Shown: positions 1-9,839, counted from the stretch's first letter. The stretch: DNA of 64,000 nt from Patescibacteria group bacterium (GCA_035480855.1 DATIHJ010000008.1:17308-81307); one strand, 5' to 3'. Made by a program: numbers and translations. The notes: generated from the sequence alone by a model not told the origin.

Positions 1-102
1 TTCATATGCTACGTCGAAATCATCTAAGACTTTCGCGGCCTCACACATAACTGCCATATCCGATTCCGATCCCATAATTATGCCAACTAGCGCCTTTGCC
101 AT
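1..102 (-). CDS. purE: N5-CAIR mutase PurE, N-terminal part (runs off window)
   Basis: Hand translation MAKALVGIIMGSESDMAVMCEAAKVLDDFDVAYE matches PurE VGIIMGSxSD motif; GGAG SD; follows purK. Confidence 0.9.
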   Translation of the reverse strand, partial: MAKALVGIIMGSESDMAVMCEAAKVLDDFDVAYE

Positions 103-110
103 AAGTACTC

Positions 111-1253
111 CTATAAATCTATCTTAGCCCGAGCTGATCGGGCATGTCTTCGTGCTGTTTCTAATGTATCAGCAATGGCCGTAATATGTCCCATTTTACG
201 GTCAACTTTTGTTGGAGATTTACCATATAGGTGCGTACTAATACCACGTATGCCAAGAGCTTGGTCTAATCCCGAGACTTTTGTTTTACCATTGCGCTCA
301 CCCAATATGTTTATCATAACGACGGCTGGTACAACCATGTCCGTACTGCCTAGCGGCAAGCCACTAATGGCGCGGATATGCTGTTCAAACTGCGAGGTCC
401 GGCTGGCCTCAATAGTGTAATGGCCAGAATTATGTACTCGCGGCGCAATTTCGTTAACTAGAACCTTGCCATCTTTTGTCAGGAACATTTCAATACCAAA
501 CACACCTGCTCCGCTCAACTTTTTGGCAACATTTTTGGCAAGAGCTGTGGCTCGCTTGACAACTAGTGGACTTACATTTGCTGGGGCTTGGACTTCCACG
601 CAAATATTACGATCATGAATAGTTTCAACCACTGGGTAGGCAATAACGTTGTTCTTCATATCTCGAGCTACCATTACGGCTAATTCCTTAACAAAAGGAA
701 CATAGGCTTCGGCGTAAAGCTCTTTACCAGCAAAAAAGGCTAAAGCATTTGTAACTTCTTTTGGACTTGTTACTAACATATTGCCACGGCCGTCATAAGC
801 TCCGTGGCGAGTTTTAATAAACATTTTGCCACCAAACTTATTAAGGATTTTTTGGGCACTTTTCTCGTCTTTAATTTCCTTGAATGGTGAAACAGAAATG
901 CCTGACTTCTTCAAAAAATTCTTTTGTTTCAGTTTGTCCTGGATTAGCTGAATGGTATTAGGGGAGGGGTTCACTGGCTTGCCCAGCTTAGATATAGCTT
1001 CTAGTGCAGTGGCATTTAAATGCTCGATCTCTATAGTTATATAATCTGCTCGACTAGCCAGTTTTTTTAGGGCAGCGCTATCATATAAGTCCGCCACAAT
1101 TTCCTCTGCGCCAACCTGTGCAGCTGGACTATTTGAAGAGGGATTCACCACTATCACTTCAAAACCAAGCGGTTTGGCGGCTAGCGTGAGCATACGTCCC
1201 AATTGCCCACCACCAACGATGCCAATGGTTCCCGCGCCTTGCATTGCATACAT
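111..1253 (-). CDS. purK: N5-CAIR synthase
   Basis: GGGQLGRM, AYDGRG, NEIAPRVHNSGH, RKMGH motifs; start may be 1244. Confidence 0.95.
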   Translation of the reverse strand: MYAMQGAGTIGIVGGGQLGRMLTLAAKPLGFEVIVVNPSSNSPAAQVGAEEIVADLYDSAALKKLASRADYITIEIEHLNATALEAISKLGKPVNPSPNTIQLIQDKLKQKNFLKKSGISVSPFKEIKDEKSAQKILNKFGGKMFIKTRHGAYDGRGNMLVTSPKEVTNALAFFAGKELYAEAYVPFVKELAVMVARDMKNNVIAYPVVETIHDRNICVEVQAPANVSPLVVKRATALAKNVAKKLSGAGVFGIEMFLTKDGKVLVNEIAPRVHNSGHYTIEASRTSQFEQHIRAISGLPLGSTDMVVPAVVMINILGERNGKTKVSGLDQALGIRGISTHLYGKSPTKVDRKMGHITAIADTLETARRHARSARAKIDL

Positions 1254-1300
1254 AGTATCTTATTTTGTGATTCATTACCTGGCTATTACACTATAGCCAT

Positions 1301-2254
1301 ATGGGAACGCAGACAATTAACAAGACAAATTTTCATTTTCCTGGTCAAACTGGGTTTGCTAAGGGTAGCGTACGCGATATTTATACTATAAACGATAAAT
1401 ACTTAGCCATGGTCGTAACTGATAGAATTTCAGCCTTTGACGTACTTTTGCCAGTTGCAATTCCAAACAAAGGACAGGTACTGTCGCAGCTAGCCACCTA
1501 CTTTTTAGATGCCACTAAAGATATTATTCCTAATTGGCTTATTAGCTCACCCGATCCCAACGTAGTTCTGGGCTATAAATGCCAGCCTTATAAAATTGAA
1601 GTAGTTATTCGTGGATATTTATGTGGTCATGCCTGGCGCGAATATAAGAGTGGTAAGCGTGAACTTTGTGGAGTAAAAATGTCTGAAGGCCTCAAAGAAA
1701 ATGATAAATTTCCAGAGCCCATTATTACTCCGGCTACCCATGCTGAGCAGGGGCATGACGAAGATATTTCAGCTAAAGATATTGTTAAACGCGGGTTAAT
1801 ACCAGCTGACGATTGGGTCAAGATTGAAAAATACACTCGCAAGCTCTATCAGCGAGGAAGTAAAATGGCAGCCAAACGAGGTCTGATACTGGTAGATACA
1901 AAATATGAGTTTGGTAGAAAAAATAGCCGACTTGTACTCATGGATGAGATTCATACCCCAGATTCTTCACGCTACTTTTATGAAGAAGGATATGTAGACA
2001 AGCAAAAGCGAGGTGAACCGCAGCACCAATTGTCCAAAGAGTTTGTACGCGAATGGCTAATAGAACACGATTTCCAGGGACTAAAGGGCCAAACCATGCC
2101 AGCAATCCCAGCAACTTTTGTCCAAGAAATATCAGAGCGCTACATAGAACTTTATGAGCAGTTAACTGGTAAGAAACTCAAAAAACCTTTACCGAGCGAA
2201 AATATACTAGAGCGAATAGAGTTAAATCTTAATACAGCGCTATCAAGGCTATAA
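1301..2254 (+). CDS. purC: SAICAR synthase
   Basis: TDRISAFD, DTKYEFG, DEIHTPDSSR motifs. Confidence 0.95.
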   Translation: MGTQTINKTNFHFPGQTGFAKGSVRDIYTINDKYLAMVVTDRISAFDVLLPVAIPNKGQVLSQLATYFLDATKDIIPNWLISSPDPNVVLGYKCQPYKIEVVIRGYLCGHAWREYKSGKRELCGVKMSEGLKENDKFPEPIITPATHAEQGHDEDISAKDIVKRGLIPADDWVKIEKYTRKLYQRGSKMAAKRGLILVDTKYEFGRKNSRLVLMDEIHTPDSSRYFYEEGYVDKQKRGEPQHQLSKEFVREWLIEHDFQGLKGQTMPAIPATFVQEISERYIELYEQLTGKKLKKPLPSENILERIELNLNTALSRL

Positions 2255-3657
2255 TGGCAGGCAAATTAAAACCATTTACATTACCAGAGCCGGCTAAAGA
2301 TCAAAATTTTAGTAGTATTGATCCGCTAGATAGTCGTTACTACGACATTGAAATTTCACGCTACTTATCTGAGCAAAGTCGCATTTCCTACCAAGCATAT
2401 ATGGAAGCTGCATTAGCTCACGCGCTAGCCGACTATGGAATTTGCAGCCGTAAGATTGCAAATGAAATTGAAGCATCCGCACGAAAAGTTACAGCCCAAG
2501 AGGTTTACAAAGAAGAGCAGAAGACAAAACACGACATAAAAGCGCTTGTTAATTGCATCAAAAAGTACGTAAGTAAACAGGCACAACCATATGTACATTT
2601 TGGAGCGACTTCATACGACATTGTAGCTAGCGCCCAAGTGCTACAAATGCGAAGTGCAATTAATGAACTAGTAGTTCCAAGACTTAAAAATCTTAATGAC
2701 GTATTAATTGAGCTGACTGAACGCTATGCAGGGGCTACACAAATAGGACGCACACATGGCCAGCATGCTCTACCCATAACCTTTGGGTTCGCAGTGGCAG
2801 AATATGTGCAGCGTATAGGTGAGTGCACTCAGGCAATAGAAGCTTTAACGAGCGAATTGCCAGGTAAATTTTCTGGGGCCGTTGGAGCCTATAACGCACT
2901 TAGTACATTTATTGACAAGCCTCTTGAATTTGAAAAAACGGTCCTGGATTACGTTGGAATAATGCCATCAAGTTACTCCACACAAATTTTGCCACCAGAG
3001 TACATGGTTCGCTTAATCGACGAACAAGTTATTGCCGCTGGAATTATGGCCAACCTTGCCCATGATATGAGGCATTTACAGCGCAGTGAAATTGGCGAGG
3101 TACGTGAAAGGTTTGAAACTGGACAGACCGGGTCATCAACTATGGCACACAAGCGTAACCCGTGGAATTTTGAAAATATTGTCAGTATGAGTAAGCAAAT
3201 TATTGCCCAGGGCGTTAACGCCAACTTAAATCTTAGTAGCGAACACCAGCGCGACTTAACAGATTCCGCGTCATCTCGCTTTTATAGTGTAGTAATCGCA
3301 GGCATAGCTTCTATGGCAACTAGGCTTTGTAATGTTATGAGCAAACTAGAAGTGGACGAGGAAGCCATGCAACGAAACCTGAATATGAGCGGAGGCGCAA
3401 TTGCTGCCGAGCCTCTATATTTATTACTAGCTAAATACGGTCACACATCGGCCCATGAAAAATCTAAAGCCCTAGCTCATAAATCTTTAGACTCCGGCAA
3501 GACACTAGTTGAGACTATAGCTGCCGATAAAGAAGCATCTGCTTACTGGCAAAAATTTACCAAAAAGCAACAACAGATCATTGAGTACCCTGAAAAGTAC
3601 TACACGGGTCTAGCAGCCAAAAAAGCTCGAACGGTAGCCAAACGCTGGCACATATAA
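2254..3657 (+). CDS. purB: Adenylosuccinate lyase
   Basis: GRTHGQHA, GSSTMAHKRNP, HQRDLTDS motifs. Confidence 0.95.
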   Translation: MAGKLKPFTLPEPAKDQNFSSIDPLDSRYYDIEISRYLSEQSRISYQAYMEAALAHALADYGICSRKIANEIEASARKVTAQEVYKEEQKTKHDIKALVNCIKKYVSKQAQPYVHFGATSYDIVASAQVLQMRSAINELVVPRLKNLNDVLIELTERYAGATQIGRTHGQHALPITFGFAVAEYVQRIGECTQAIEALTSELPGKFSGAVGAYNALSTFIDKPLEFEKTVLDYVGIMPSSYSTQILPPEYMVRLIDEQVIAAGIMANLAHDMRHLQRSEIGEVRERFETGQTGSSTMAHKRNPWNFENIVSMSKQIIAQGVNANLNLSSEHQRDLTDSASSRFYSVVIAGIASMATRLCNVMSKLEVDEEAMQRNLNMSGGAIAAEPLYLLLAKYGHTSAHEKSKALAHKSLDSGKTLVETIAADKEASAYWQKFTKKQQQIIEYPEKYYTGLAAKKARTVAKRWHI

Positions 3658-3756
3658 CGCTGTAAACTTCTGTTTTATTTGGCTCGATATTGCCTAGAGA
3701 GCTATACTTGAACGATATAGATTAAGTTCCTAGCGAGCTCGGGAGACGAGGGTCAT

Positions 3757-4785
3757 ATTACGAAAAGCTCAGCATTCAAGATAGCTACTCTCGGCAGTCA
3801 TTCTGCACTGCAAATCCTTAAGGGTGCTCACGACGAAGGTTTTAAAAACTTAGTAATTTGTGAAAAAGGTAGGGCACAAGCGTACCGTGCCTTCCAGGTC
3901 GCAGACCAAATTATCGAGCTTGAATCCTACGATGAACTAGGCGGACTTGAAAAGCAGTTGCTTAAAGATAATGTGATCTTAGTACCGCATGGATCATTCT
4001 TCCGGGCATACGGATTACCTGCCCTCAATGCTTCCAGGGTCCACTACTTTGGCAATAAACACATATTGCCATGGGAAGAGGACCGGTCTAAACAACGGGA
4101 GTGGCTAAAACAAGCTGGCCTTACATTGCCTAAAATTTACAAGCGTCCACAAGATATTAACGGACCTGTAATAATTAAATTTCATGGAGCAGGAGGAGGC
4201 AAAGGTTTCTTTTTGGCACGTAGCCCGAGCGAATTTAAACGCAAAATTGCCGAACACAAAGGCAAGCCCTACATTATTCAGCAATATATTGTTGGCGCGC
4301 CGCTATATATCCATTACTTTTATTCGCCACTCACTAAAGAACTTGAAGTAATGAGCATGGATAAACGCTACGAAACCAACGTAGATTCTATTGGACGGAT
4401 TGCCGCTAAAGACCAGATGGATCTAAATATTGAAAGTTCATATAACATTATGGGCAATCTACCAGTAGTTGCCCGTGAATCCCTACTGCCAGAAATATTT
4501 GCAATGGGAGAACAAGTAGTTGAAGCCTCACGTAAGCTAACTCCTAACGGCTTATTTGGTCCGTTTTGCTTAGAAACTATCGTAACTCCAGAACTTGAGT
4601 TTTTTGTCTTTGAAATTTCAGCCCGCATTGTAGCCGGCACCAATCCATATGTTAACGGTTCGCCCTATACCGATCTTCGCTACAAGGAACCTATGAGTAC
4701 AGGTCGCCGGGTAGCCCGCGAAGTCAAGCTTGCCATTGCTGGAGGCAAACTAGAAAAGGTGCTCTCTAATGGTTACTCCAACTGA
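3757..4785 (+). CDS. purP: Archaeal-type formate-dependent FAICAR synthetase (PurP family); probable non-canonical ATT start
   Basis: Frame extends upstream of track start 3958 through IATLGSHSALQILKGAHDEGF; GPFCLE and FEISARIVAGTN motifs; in-frame TAG at 3718-3720. Confidence 0.8.
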   Translation: MTKSSAFKIATLGSHSALQILKGAHDEGFKNLVICEKGRAQAYRAFQVADQIIELESYDELGGLEKQLLKDNVILVPHGSFFRAYGLPALNASRVHYFGNKHILPWEEDRSKQREWLKQAGLTLPKIYKRPQDINGPVIIKFHGAGGGKGFFLARSPSEFKRKIAEHKGKPYIIQQYIVGAPLYIHYFYSPLTKELEVMSMDKRYETNVDSIGRIAAKDQMDLNIESSYNIMGNLPVVARESLLPEIFAMGEQVVEASRKLTPNGLFGPFCLETIVTPELEFFVFEISARIVAGTNPYVNGSPYTDLRYKEPMSTGRRVAREVKLAIAGGKLEKVLSNGYSN

Positions 4786-5896
4786 AGTTGCAAAAATCGC
4801 GGCCAAATATAAGCAATCAGAAATCCGAATTGGCTGTATAGGTGGGCACAGTGCGCTGGACATTTGCCGGGGCGCTAAGACTGAAGGATTTGAAACGGTG
4901 GTAGTTGCCCAGCGCGGGCGCGATAAAACCTACAGCCAATATTACAAAACTCGTGGCAATAAAGGCTGTGTTGATCACGTAATACTAGTCGATAAGTTTT
5001 CAGATATCACTAGTTCCAAAGTCCAGCAGCAGCTGCGGGATCTCAATGTAATCATGGTTCATAGCCGTTATTTTTGGGTCTATTGCAACTATTCTGAGAT
5101 AGAGAACGACTTCATGGTGCCTATTTTTGGCAATCGCCGGCTAGTTCGTAAAGAGGAGCGCGACGAAACCAAAAACCAATACTTTTTACTAGAACAAGCA
5201 GGTATAAAAATTCCCAAGCAGTTTGCCAAACCCCAAGATATTGACTGTCTTGTAATTGTTAAGGCCAATGAGGCCGCAAGGGGATATGAACGAGCATTCT
5301 TTTTGGTGAGCAGCTACAGCGAATACGAGCTAACTGCAAAGAAACTAATATCAAAAGGTACAGTTACCAAGGGTTCTCTTAAAAAAGCTGTAATTGAAGA
5401 ATTTGTGGTTGGCCCGCAACTAAATTTAAACTTTTTCTACTCTCCACTAGACGGGCAAGTGGAGCTGCTTGGTACCGACATGCGCCGCCAAACCAACATT
5501 GATGGTTTGCTTAGACTAACTGCACCAGAACAAACAGAAGTACTTAAACGCATAGAACCCAAGTACATAGAAAACGGACATGTAGCAATTACCATCAAAG
5601 AGTCACTTATAGAAAAGGCTTATGATGCAGGGGAGAAGTTTGTTAAAGCAGCGGGCAAACATTACCCGCCAGGCATGATTGGCCCATTTGCTCTGCAAGG
5701 TGCTGTCACGGCAGGGCCGCCAGTAGAAGAACTAGTAATATTTGATGTCAGCATGCGTATGCCTGGAAGTCCAGGAACCATGTTTACGCCATACACCGGA
5801 TATTTATATGGTCAAAATATGAGTGTTGGACAACGCGTAGCAAAAGAGATAAAAACCGCAATCCAGCAGAAAAAACTCGCAACCGTTATTACTTAA
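4769..5896 (+). CDS. Second PurP-family ATP-grasp paralog (DUF1246/DUF1297 type)
   Basis: IGGHSALDICRGAKTEGF, RRQTNIDG, GMIGPFALQ, FDVSMRMPGSPG motifs. Confidence 0.8.
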   Translation: MVTPTEVAKIAAKYKQSEIRIGCIGGHSALDICRGAKTEGFETVVVAQRGRDKTYSQYYKTRGNKGCVDHVILVDKFSDITSSKVQQQLRDLNVIMVHSRYFWVYCNYSEIENDFMVPIFGNRRLVRKEERDETKNQYFLLEQAGIKIPKQFAKPQDIDCLVIVKANEAARGYERAFFLVSSYSEYELTAKKLISKGTVTKGSLKKAVIEEFVVGPQLNLNFFYSPLDGQVELLGTDMRRQTNIDGLLRLTAPEQTEVLKRIEPKYIENGHVAITIKESLIEKAYDAGEKFVKAAGKHYPPGMIGPFALQGAVTAGPPVEELVIFDVSMRMPGSPGTMFTPYTGYLYGQNMSVGQRVAKEIKTAIQQKKLATVIT

Positions 5897-5910
5897 TTAC
5901 TAATCTTCGA
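5896..5910 (+). repeat. 15-bp direct repeat, left of TA module
   Basis: ATTACTAATCTTCGA, identical copy at 6512-6526. Confidence 0.85.
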
Positions 5911-5927
5911 TGTGATCAATGAAATAG

Positions 5928-5956
5928 TTGACATAATCATTATGTAGACGTACAAT
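5928..5956 (+). promoter_or_regulatory. Sigma70 promoter of TA operon with overlapping palindromic operator
   Basis: TTGACA-17bp-TACAAT; palindrome ACATAAT-C-ATTATGT at 5931-5945. Confidence 0.8.
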
Positions 5957-5992
5957 TAAAACGTATTACTAAAACGTACTGGAGCCATATTA

Positions 5993-6235
5993 ATGAGTAC
6001 TAAAACTGTTTCTGCGTCTGATCTTAGAAGCAATCTTGCTGATGCCCTTGATTCTGTCAACGAGGATGACATTCTTATTGTCACTCGAAGAGGAAAAAAA
6101 GAGCGAGCTATTATAGATCTCGATAAACTAGAAGATCTCTTGGCTGCTAATGACCCAGATTACCTGGCTGCTATTAGAGACGCACGTGAGAGTAAGGAAT
6201 ACTTAAGTCACGACGAGGTATTTGGAGATATATAA
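5993..6235 (+). CDS. Phd/YefM-family antitoxin
   Basis: VSASDLRSNLADALDSV..ILIVTRRGK N-terminus; directly upstream of a RelE-like gene. Confidence 0.85.
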   Translation: MSTKTVSASDLRSNLADALDSVNEDDILIVTRRGKKERAIIDLDKLEDLLAANDPDYLAAIRDARESKEYLSHDEVFGDI

Positions 6236-6499
6236 ATGTCTTCATATACCCTGATATATAAGAAGCCGGCCGCAAAGGCAATACAAAAACTCTCACCTCA
6301 AATAAGAAAGCGTCTTAAATCAAAACTAGAGTGGTTTATCTCTCAAGATGATCCCATTTCCTTTGCAGAGGCTCTGACTAAGCCTGCTGACGCTCAATAT
6401 AGATATAGGATCGGAACTTACAGAGTATTATTTGATGTTGAAGGCAAAAACATAGTAGTACTTTTAGTACGACATAGACGAGAAGTTTACAAAAGATAG
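6236..6499 (+). CDS. RelE/ParE-family toxin
   Basis: YRYRIGTYRVLF..VRHRREVYK; basic 87 aa. Confidence 0.9.
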   Translation: MSSYTLIYKKPAAKAIQKLSPQIRKRLKSKLEWFISQDDPISFAEALTKPADAQYRYRIGTYRVLFDVEGKNIVVLLVRHRREVYKR

Positions 6500-6511
6500 C
6501 TACGAAATAAT

Positions 6512-6526
6512 ATTACTAATCTTCGA
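6512..6526 (+). repeat. 15-bp direct repeat, right of TA module
   Basis: ATTACTAATCTTCGA; contains the stop codon of the HD gene. Confidence 0.85.
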
Positions 6527-7130
6527 GATGAAAATAGTCTAAGTTTTTCTGCATAAGCTCAACTAGCTGGTTGTAATAATCAAGTATGGCTGCTGATTGA
6601 GCCACCGATTCTATTTTCACCTCGTGGTGCATAGCAAATGTTATCTTGTGCTTTTGCCAGGTGTAGCCCTCCCCCATAAATATAACTAGCGGCGGCATAA
6701 TTTTATCTAAGGCAAAGACAAATTTACTTTCTTTGCTGTTAAGTTTTTCATAATCTTCTATAGCCTGCACCATATCCGGAAAATCTTGCCATTCCTTAGT
6801 AATTTGCCCCAAAGCTTTAGCCTCCCTAGCGGTTTTAGAGTCCAGTACAGCCTTATCTGCAAATGCATAAGTGTCACCAGCATAAATTTCTACTAGGTCA
6901 TGTACGAGTGCTAGCTTAATGCATTTGTCGGTATCAATATCATCAAAGTACTGTGCTAAAAACCAAGCAGTCATAGCCAGCGTAAATGTATGTTCTGTAT
7001 CTGTTTCGTATCGGGGATTTTTACCAGGCAAATAGACTATTCGTTCTATTGCATGGAACTTGTGTAAAAAGTGCTGTAGATCAAATAACCGCTGCAAGTC
7101 TGGCTTGGGTTTGTGAGGATGCTTACTCAT
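6516..7130 (-). CDS. HD-domain phosphohydrolase (YfbR/HDDC2-like)
   Basis: ETDTEH, ALVHDLVEIYAGD, ALDK motifs. Confidence 0.85.
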   Translation of the reverse strand: MSKHPHKPKPDLQRLFDLQHFLHKFHAIERIVYLPGKNPRYETDTEHTFTLAMTAWFLAQYFDDIDTDKCIKLALVHDLVEIYAGDTYAFADKAVLDSKTAREAKALGQITKEWQDFPDMVQAIEDYEKLNSKESKFVFALDKIMPPLVIFMGEGYTWQKHKITFAMHHEVKIESVAQSAAILDYYNQLVELMQKNLDYFHLED

Positions 7131-7139
7131 GACCTAAAT

Positions 7140-7355
7140 CTAATTGCGGCCCCAATGGATACGGCTCCAAATGCGCTCATGCCAGTAATAAATTATAGTG
7201 GCAAGCACCGCGTTCCAGCCAGTTATCACAAAGGCGTCGCCGGTTTTGTGAGTTACAGCTAAAGTTACAGCAAATACAACGACCATAATGATAACGCGGT
7301 AAGTTATGGTTTTTACTAAAGATCGTTTCCAATGATCGTGATGTATTTTTTTCAT
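7140..7355 (-). CDS. DUF2061-like small membrane protein
   Basis: RSLVKTITYR..YYWHERIW; ATGA overlap with guaA stop. Confidence 0.75.
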   Translation of the reverse strand: MKKIHHDHWKRSLVKTITYRVIIMVVVFAVTLAVTHKTGDAFVITGWNAVLATIIYYWHERIWSRIHWGRN

Positions 7356-8869
7356 TCCCACTCCATAGTTGCTGGCGGCTTAGTGGTTATATCATATACC
7401 ACGCGGGATATACCTGGCACCTCATTTACTATGCGGGTAGATAGTTTTGCTAGGACTTTGTATGGAACTTGTGCCCAATCCGCACTCATCCGATCTTTAG
7501 TAGTTACAATGCGAATGGCTACAACTTCGCCATAAAAACGCCCATCACCTTTAACGGCAGTGCTACTAGCTCCGGTCATAATTGACCAGCATTGAAATAT
7601 GCGATCATACCAGCCAGATTTTTTCATTTCTTCTACAACTATATTATCGGCTTGAACTTGTCTCGCTAACCTTTGCTTGGTGACTTCACCCATAATACGC
7701 ACGGCATGTCCTGGACCTGGGAACGGTTGCTGGAAAACCATATCTTTTGGCATACCAGCTTTTACGCCAATCTTGCGCACCTGGTCGGTATAGTAGTAGC
7801 GAAGCGGCTCAAGTAGCTGGAGCTTCATGTTCTTTGGTAGACCACCAACATTATGATGGCTTTTTATATGAGCTGACCTTTTAGTGCCCTGCGAATGGAT
7901 AAAATCGGCATAGGTTGTACCTTGCAATAAAAACGTAATGGATGGGTCCTTTGCCATTTCGCGCTCAAATAGCTTTATGTAGAGGTTACCTATTGTTTTA
8001 CGTTTAGTTTCGGGATCGGTAATACCCTTTAGGGTAGTCAAGAATTCTTGACGGGCATTTATAACCTTTACCCTAACTCCGAGCACTTTTGGAAAATCGT
8101 GTTTGATGCGACCTAGAGTTTCTTCGCGCATAAGTCCACTGTCTATATAGATAGGTAAAAACTGCTTTCCAATAGCTCGGGCGGTTAATGTCCCAGCAAC
8201 AGCAGAATCAGTCCCGCCTGAAAAAGCACCAATAACTTTGCGATTACCGACTTTCTCTTTTATCTCATTGATTATTTTGTCTATGTCAATTTTTTCAGTT
8301 TTAACCGGCAGATTACAAACCCGTGTAGCAAAGTTTTTGAGCATTTGCGACCCCTGTTTGGTATGAGATGCCTCTGGGTGAAACTGAACTCCGTAAAAAT
8401 GCCTAGAAGCGTCGCCAACGGCAGCGAACACTACATCTTCAGTACTGCCGAAAATCTTAAAACCTTTTGGTATTTTTGTAACAGTAGTTCCATGGGATTC
8501 AAATACCTGACTAGTTGTCGGTAGCCCATAGAAAAAGTTAGCAAAATCGGAAATTGTCAGCTGGGCTGGACCGTATTCTTTCTGGCCAGGTGTAACCTTG
8601 CCACCAAGTAGTTGTGCCATTAGCTGCCAGCCATAGCAAATGCCTAAAATCGGAATACCCAGCTTAAAGATTTTGGCATCAATGCTTGGTGCGCCCTTTT
8701 CGTAAACTGAAGCTGGTCCACCAGATAGGATTAGTCCATCTGGGTTATGAAGTTTAATGCCCTCTTGTGCATCGTCTGGGTCAATGATTACTGAATCTAT
8801 GCCAACATCTTTGAGGCGACGAGAAATAAGGTGTGTCATTTGCGAACCAAAGTCGATAATAACCAGCAT
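7352..8869 (-). CDS. guaA: GMP synthase (glutamine-hydrolysing)
   Basis: DFGSQ, GICYG, QFHPE, SGGTDS, IKSHHNVGG, KPPATMEWE. Confidence 0.97.
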   Translation of the reverse strand: MLVIIDFGSQMTHLISRRLKDVGIDSVIIDPDDAQEGIKLHNPDGLILSGGPASVYEKGAPSIDAKIFKLGIPILGICYGWQLMAQLLGGKVTPGQKEYGPAQLTISDFANFFYGLPTTSQVFESHGTTVTKIPKGFKIFGSTEDVVFAAVGDASRHFYGVQFHPEASHTKQGSQMLKNFATRVCNLPVKTEKIDIDKIINEIKEKVGNRKVIGAFSGGTDSAVAGTLTARAIGKQFLPIYIDSGLMREETLGRIKHDFPKVLGVRVKVINARQEFLTTLKGITDPETKRKTIGNLYIKLFEREMAKDPSITFLLQGTTYADFIHSQGTKRSAHIKSHHNVGGLPKNMKLQLLEPLRYYYTDQVRKIGVKAGMPKDMVFQQPFPGPGHAVRIMGEVTKQRLARQVQADNIVVEEMKKSGWYDRIFQCWSIMTGASSTAVKGDGRFYGEVVAIRIVTTKDRMSADWAQVPYKVLAKLSTRIVNEVPGISRVVYDITTKPPATMEWE

Positions 8870-8888
8870 GTTGGTATCATTATAAGGT

Positions 8889-9803
8889 ATGAATGTTGCA
8901 ACGAATCCATTTCACGCACAGCCTCTGTTAGAGCCAGGAACTTATGTTGTTGCAGTATCTGGTGGGGTAGACAGTATGGTTTTGCTTGATATGTTGGTGC
9001 CGGTTCCTGGGCTAAAGCTAACTGTTGCCCACTTTGATCATGGTATTCGTGAAGATTCACATCTGGACCGACTACTTGTGCAGGAGGCAGCAAAGCGCTA
9101 TGGCCTACCGTTTGTTTATGAGCAAGGACATCTGGGTGCGGGTGCGAGCGAAGATGTTGCCCGCCAGGCTCGCTACGAGTTTTTGGGGCGAGTACGATCA
9201 GCTGCTGGGGCAGATGCTATCGTTACTGCGCATCACCAAGACGACCAGCTGGAGACAGCTTACATAAATATACTTAGGGGGACTAACCGGCGTGGACTGA
9301 CTTCTTTACGCTCTACTCAGGGTCGTCGCCGGCCACTTCTGCATCTATCTAAAAAAGAGCTACTAGCCTATGCCCACGCAAACAACATAGTTTGGCGGGA
9401 GGATAGCACAAACCAGGATACTACCTATTTGCGTAACCGGGTACGCCATACTATGTTGTCCTTATTGCCAGCGCGCGAACGGGCTAAGCTGGCCAAAGAA
9501 CTTGAGGAGCTAGCAGTTATCAACCAAAGCATTGATAAGGCGCTTACCAACCAACTTCATATGCAGTCATCTGTTAATGCATTGGATAGGCGCTGGTTTA
9601 TTATGCTTCCGCATGAAGTTGCCCGGGAGGTTATGGCCACTTGGCTTAGGCAAAAGGGAATTGCTAGTCTTGATAAAAAACGGTTAGAGCTAATAACAAA
9701 CTCCGCAAAAACCTTAAAACCAGGCAAACGGATAGATGTAGATTCTACTCATATTCTACTAATCCAAAAAGATAAATTGGCACTCAAGACCAGCGAGCGC
9801 TAG
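8889..9803 (+). CDS. tilS: tRNA(Ile)-lysidine synthetase
   Basis: AVSGGVDS, AHHQDDQLET, REDSTN, RNRVRH. Confidence 0.95.
   Translation: MNVATNPFHAQPLLEPGTYVVAVSGGVDSMVLLDMLVPVPGLKLTVAHFDHGIREDSHLDRLLVQEAAKRYGLPFVYEQGHLGAGASEDVARQARYEFLGRVRSAAGADAIVTAHHQDDQLETAYINILRGTNRRGLTSLRSTQGRRRPLLHLSKKELLAYAHANNIVWREDSTNQDTTYLRNRVRHTMLSLLPARERAKLAKELEELAVINQSIDKALTNQLHMQSSVNALDRRWFIMLPHEVAREVMATWLRQKGIASLDKKRLELITNSAKTLKPGKRIDVDSTHILLIQKDKLALKTSER
9777..9803 (+). promoter_or_regulatory. Putative CIRCE element upstream of ftsH
   Basis: TTGGCACTC-N9-GAGCGCTAG, 15/18 to consensus. Confidence 0.6.
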
Positions 9804-9839
9804 TAATTACGGCACGGATTAGGGTATAATAGTTGCCAT

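Noticed and set aside
3658-3756. ZMP/ZTP or purine riboswitch before purP
   Set aside because: Leader is short and I could not match the consensus; needs an Rfam scan.
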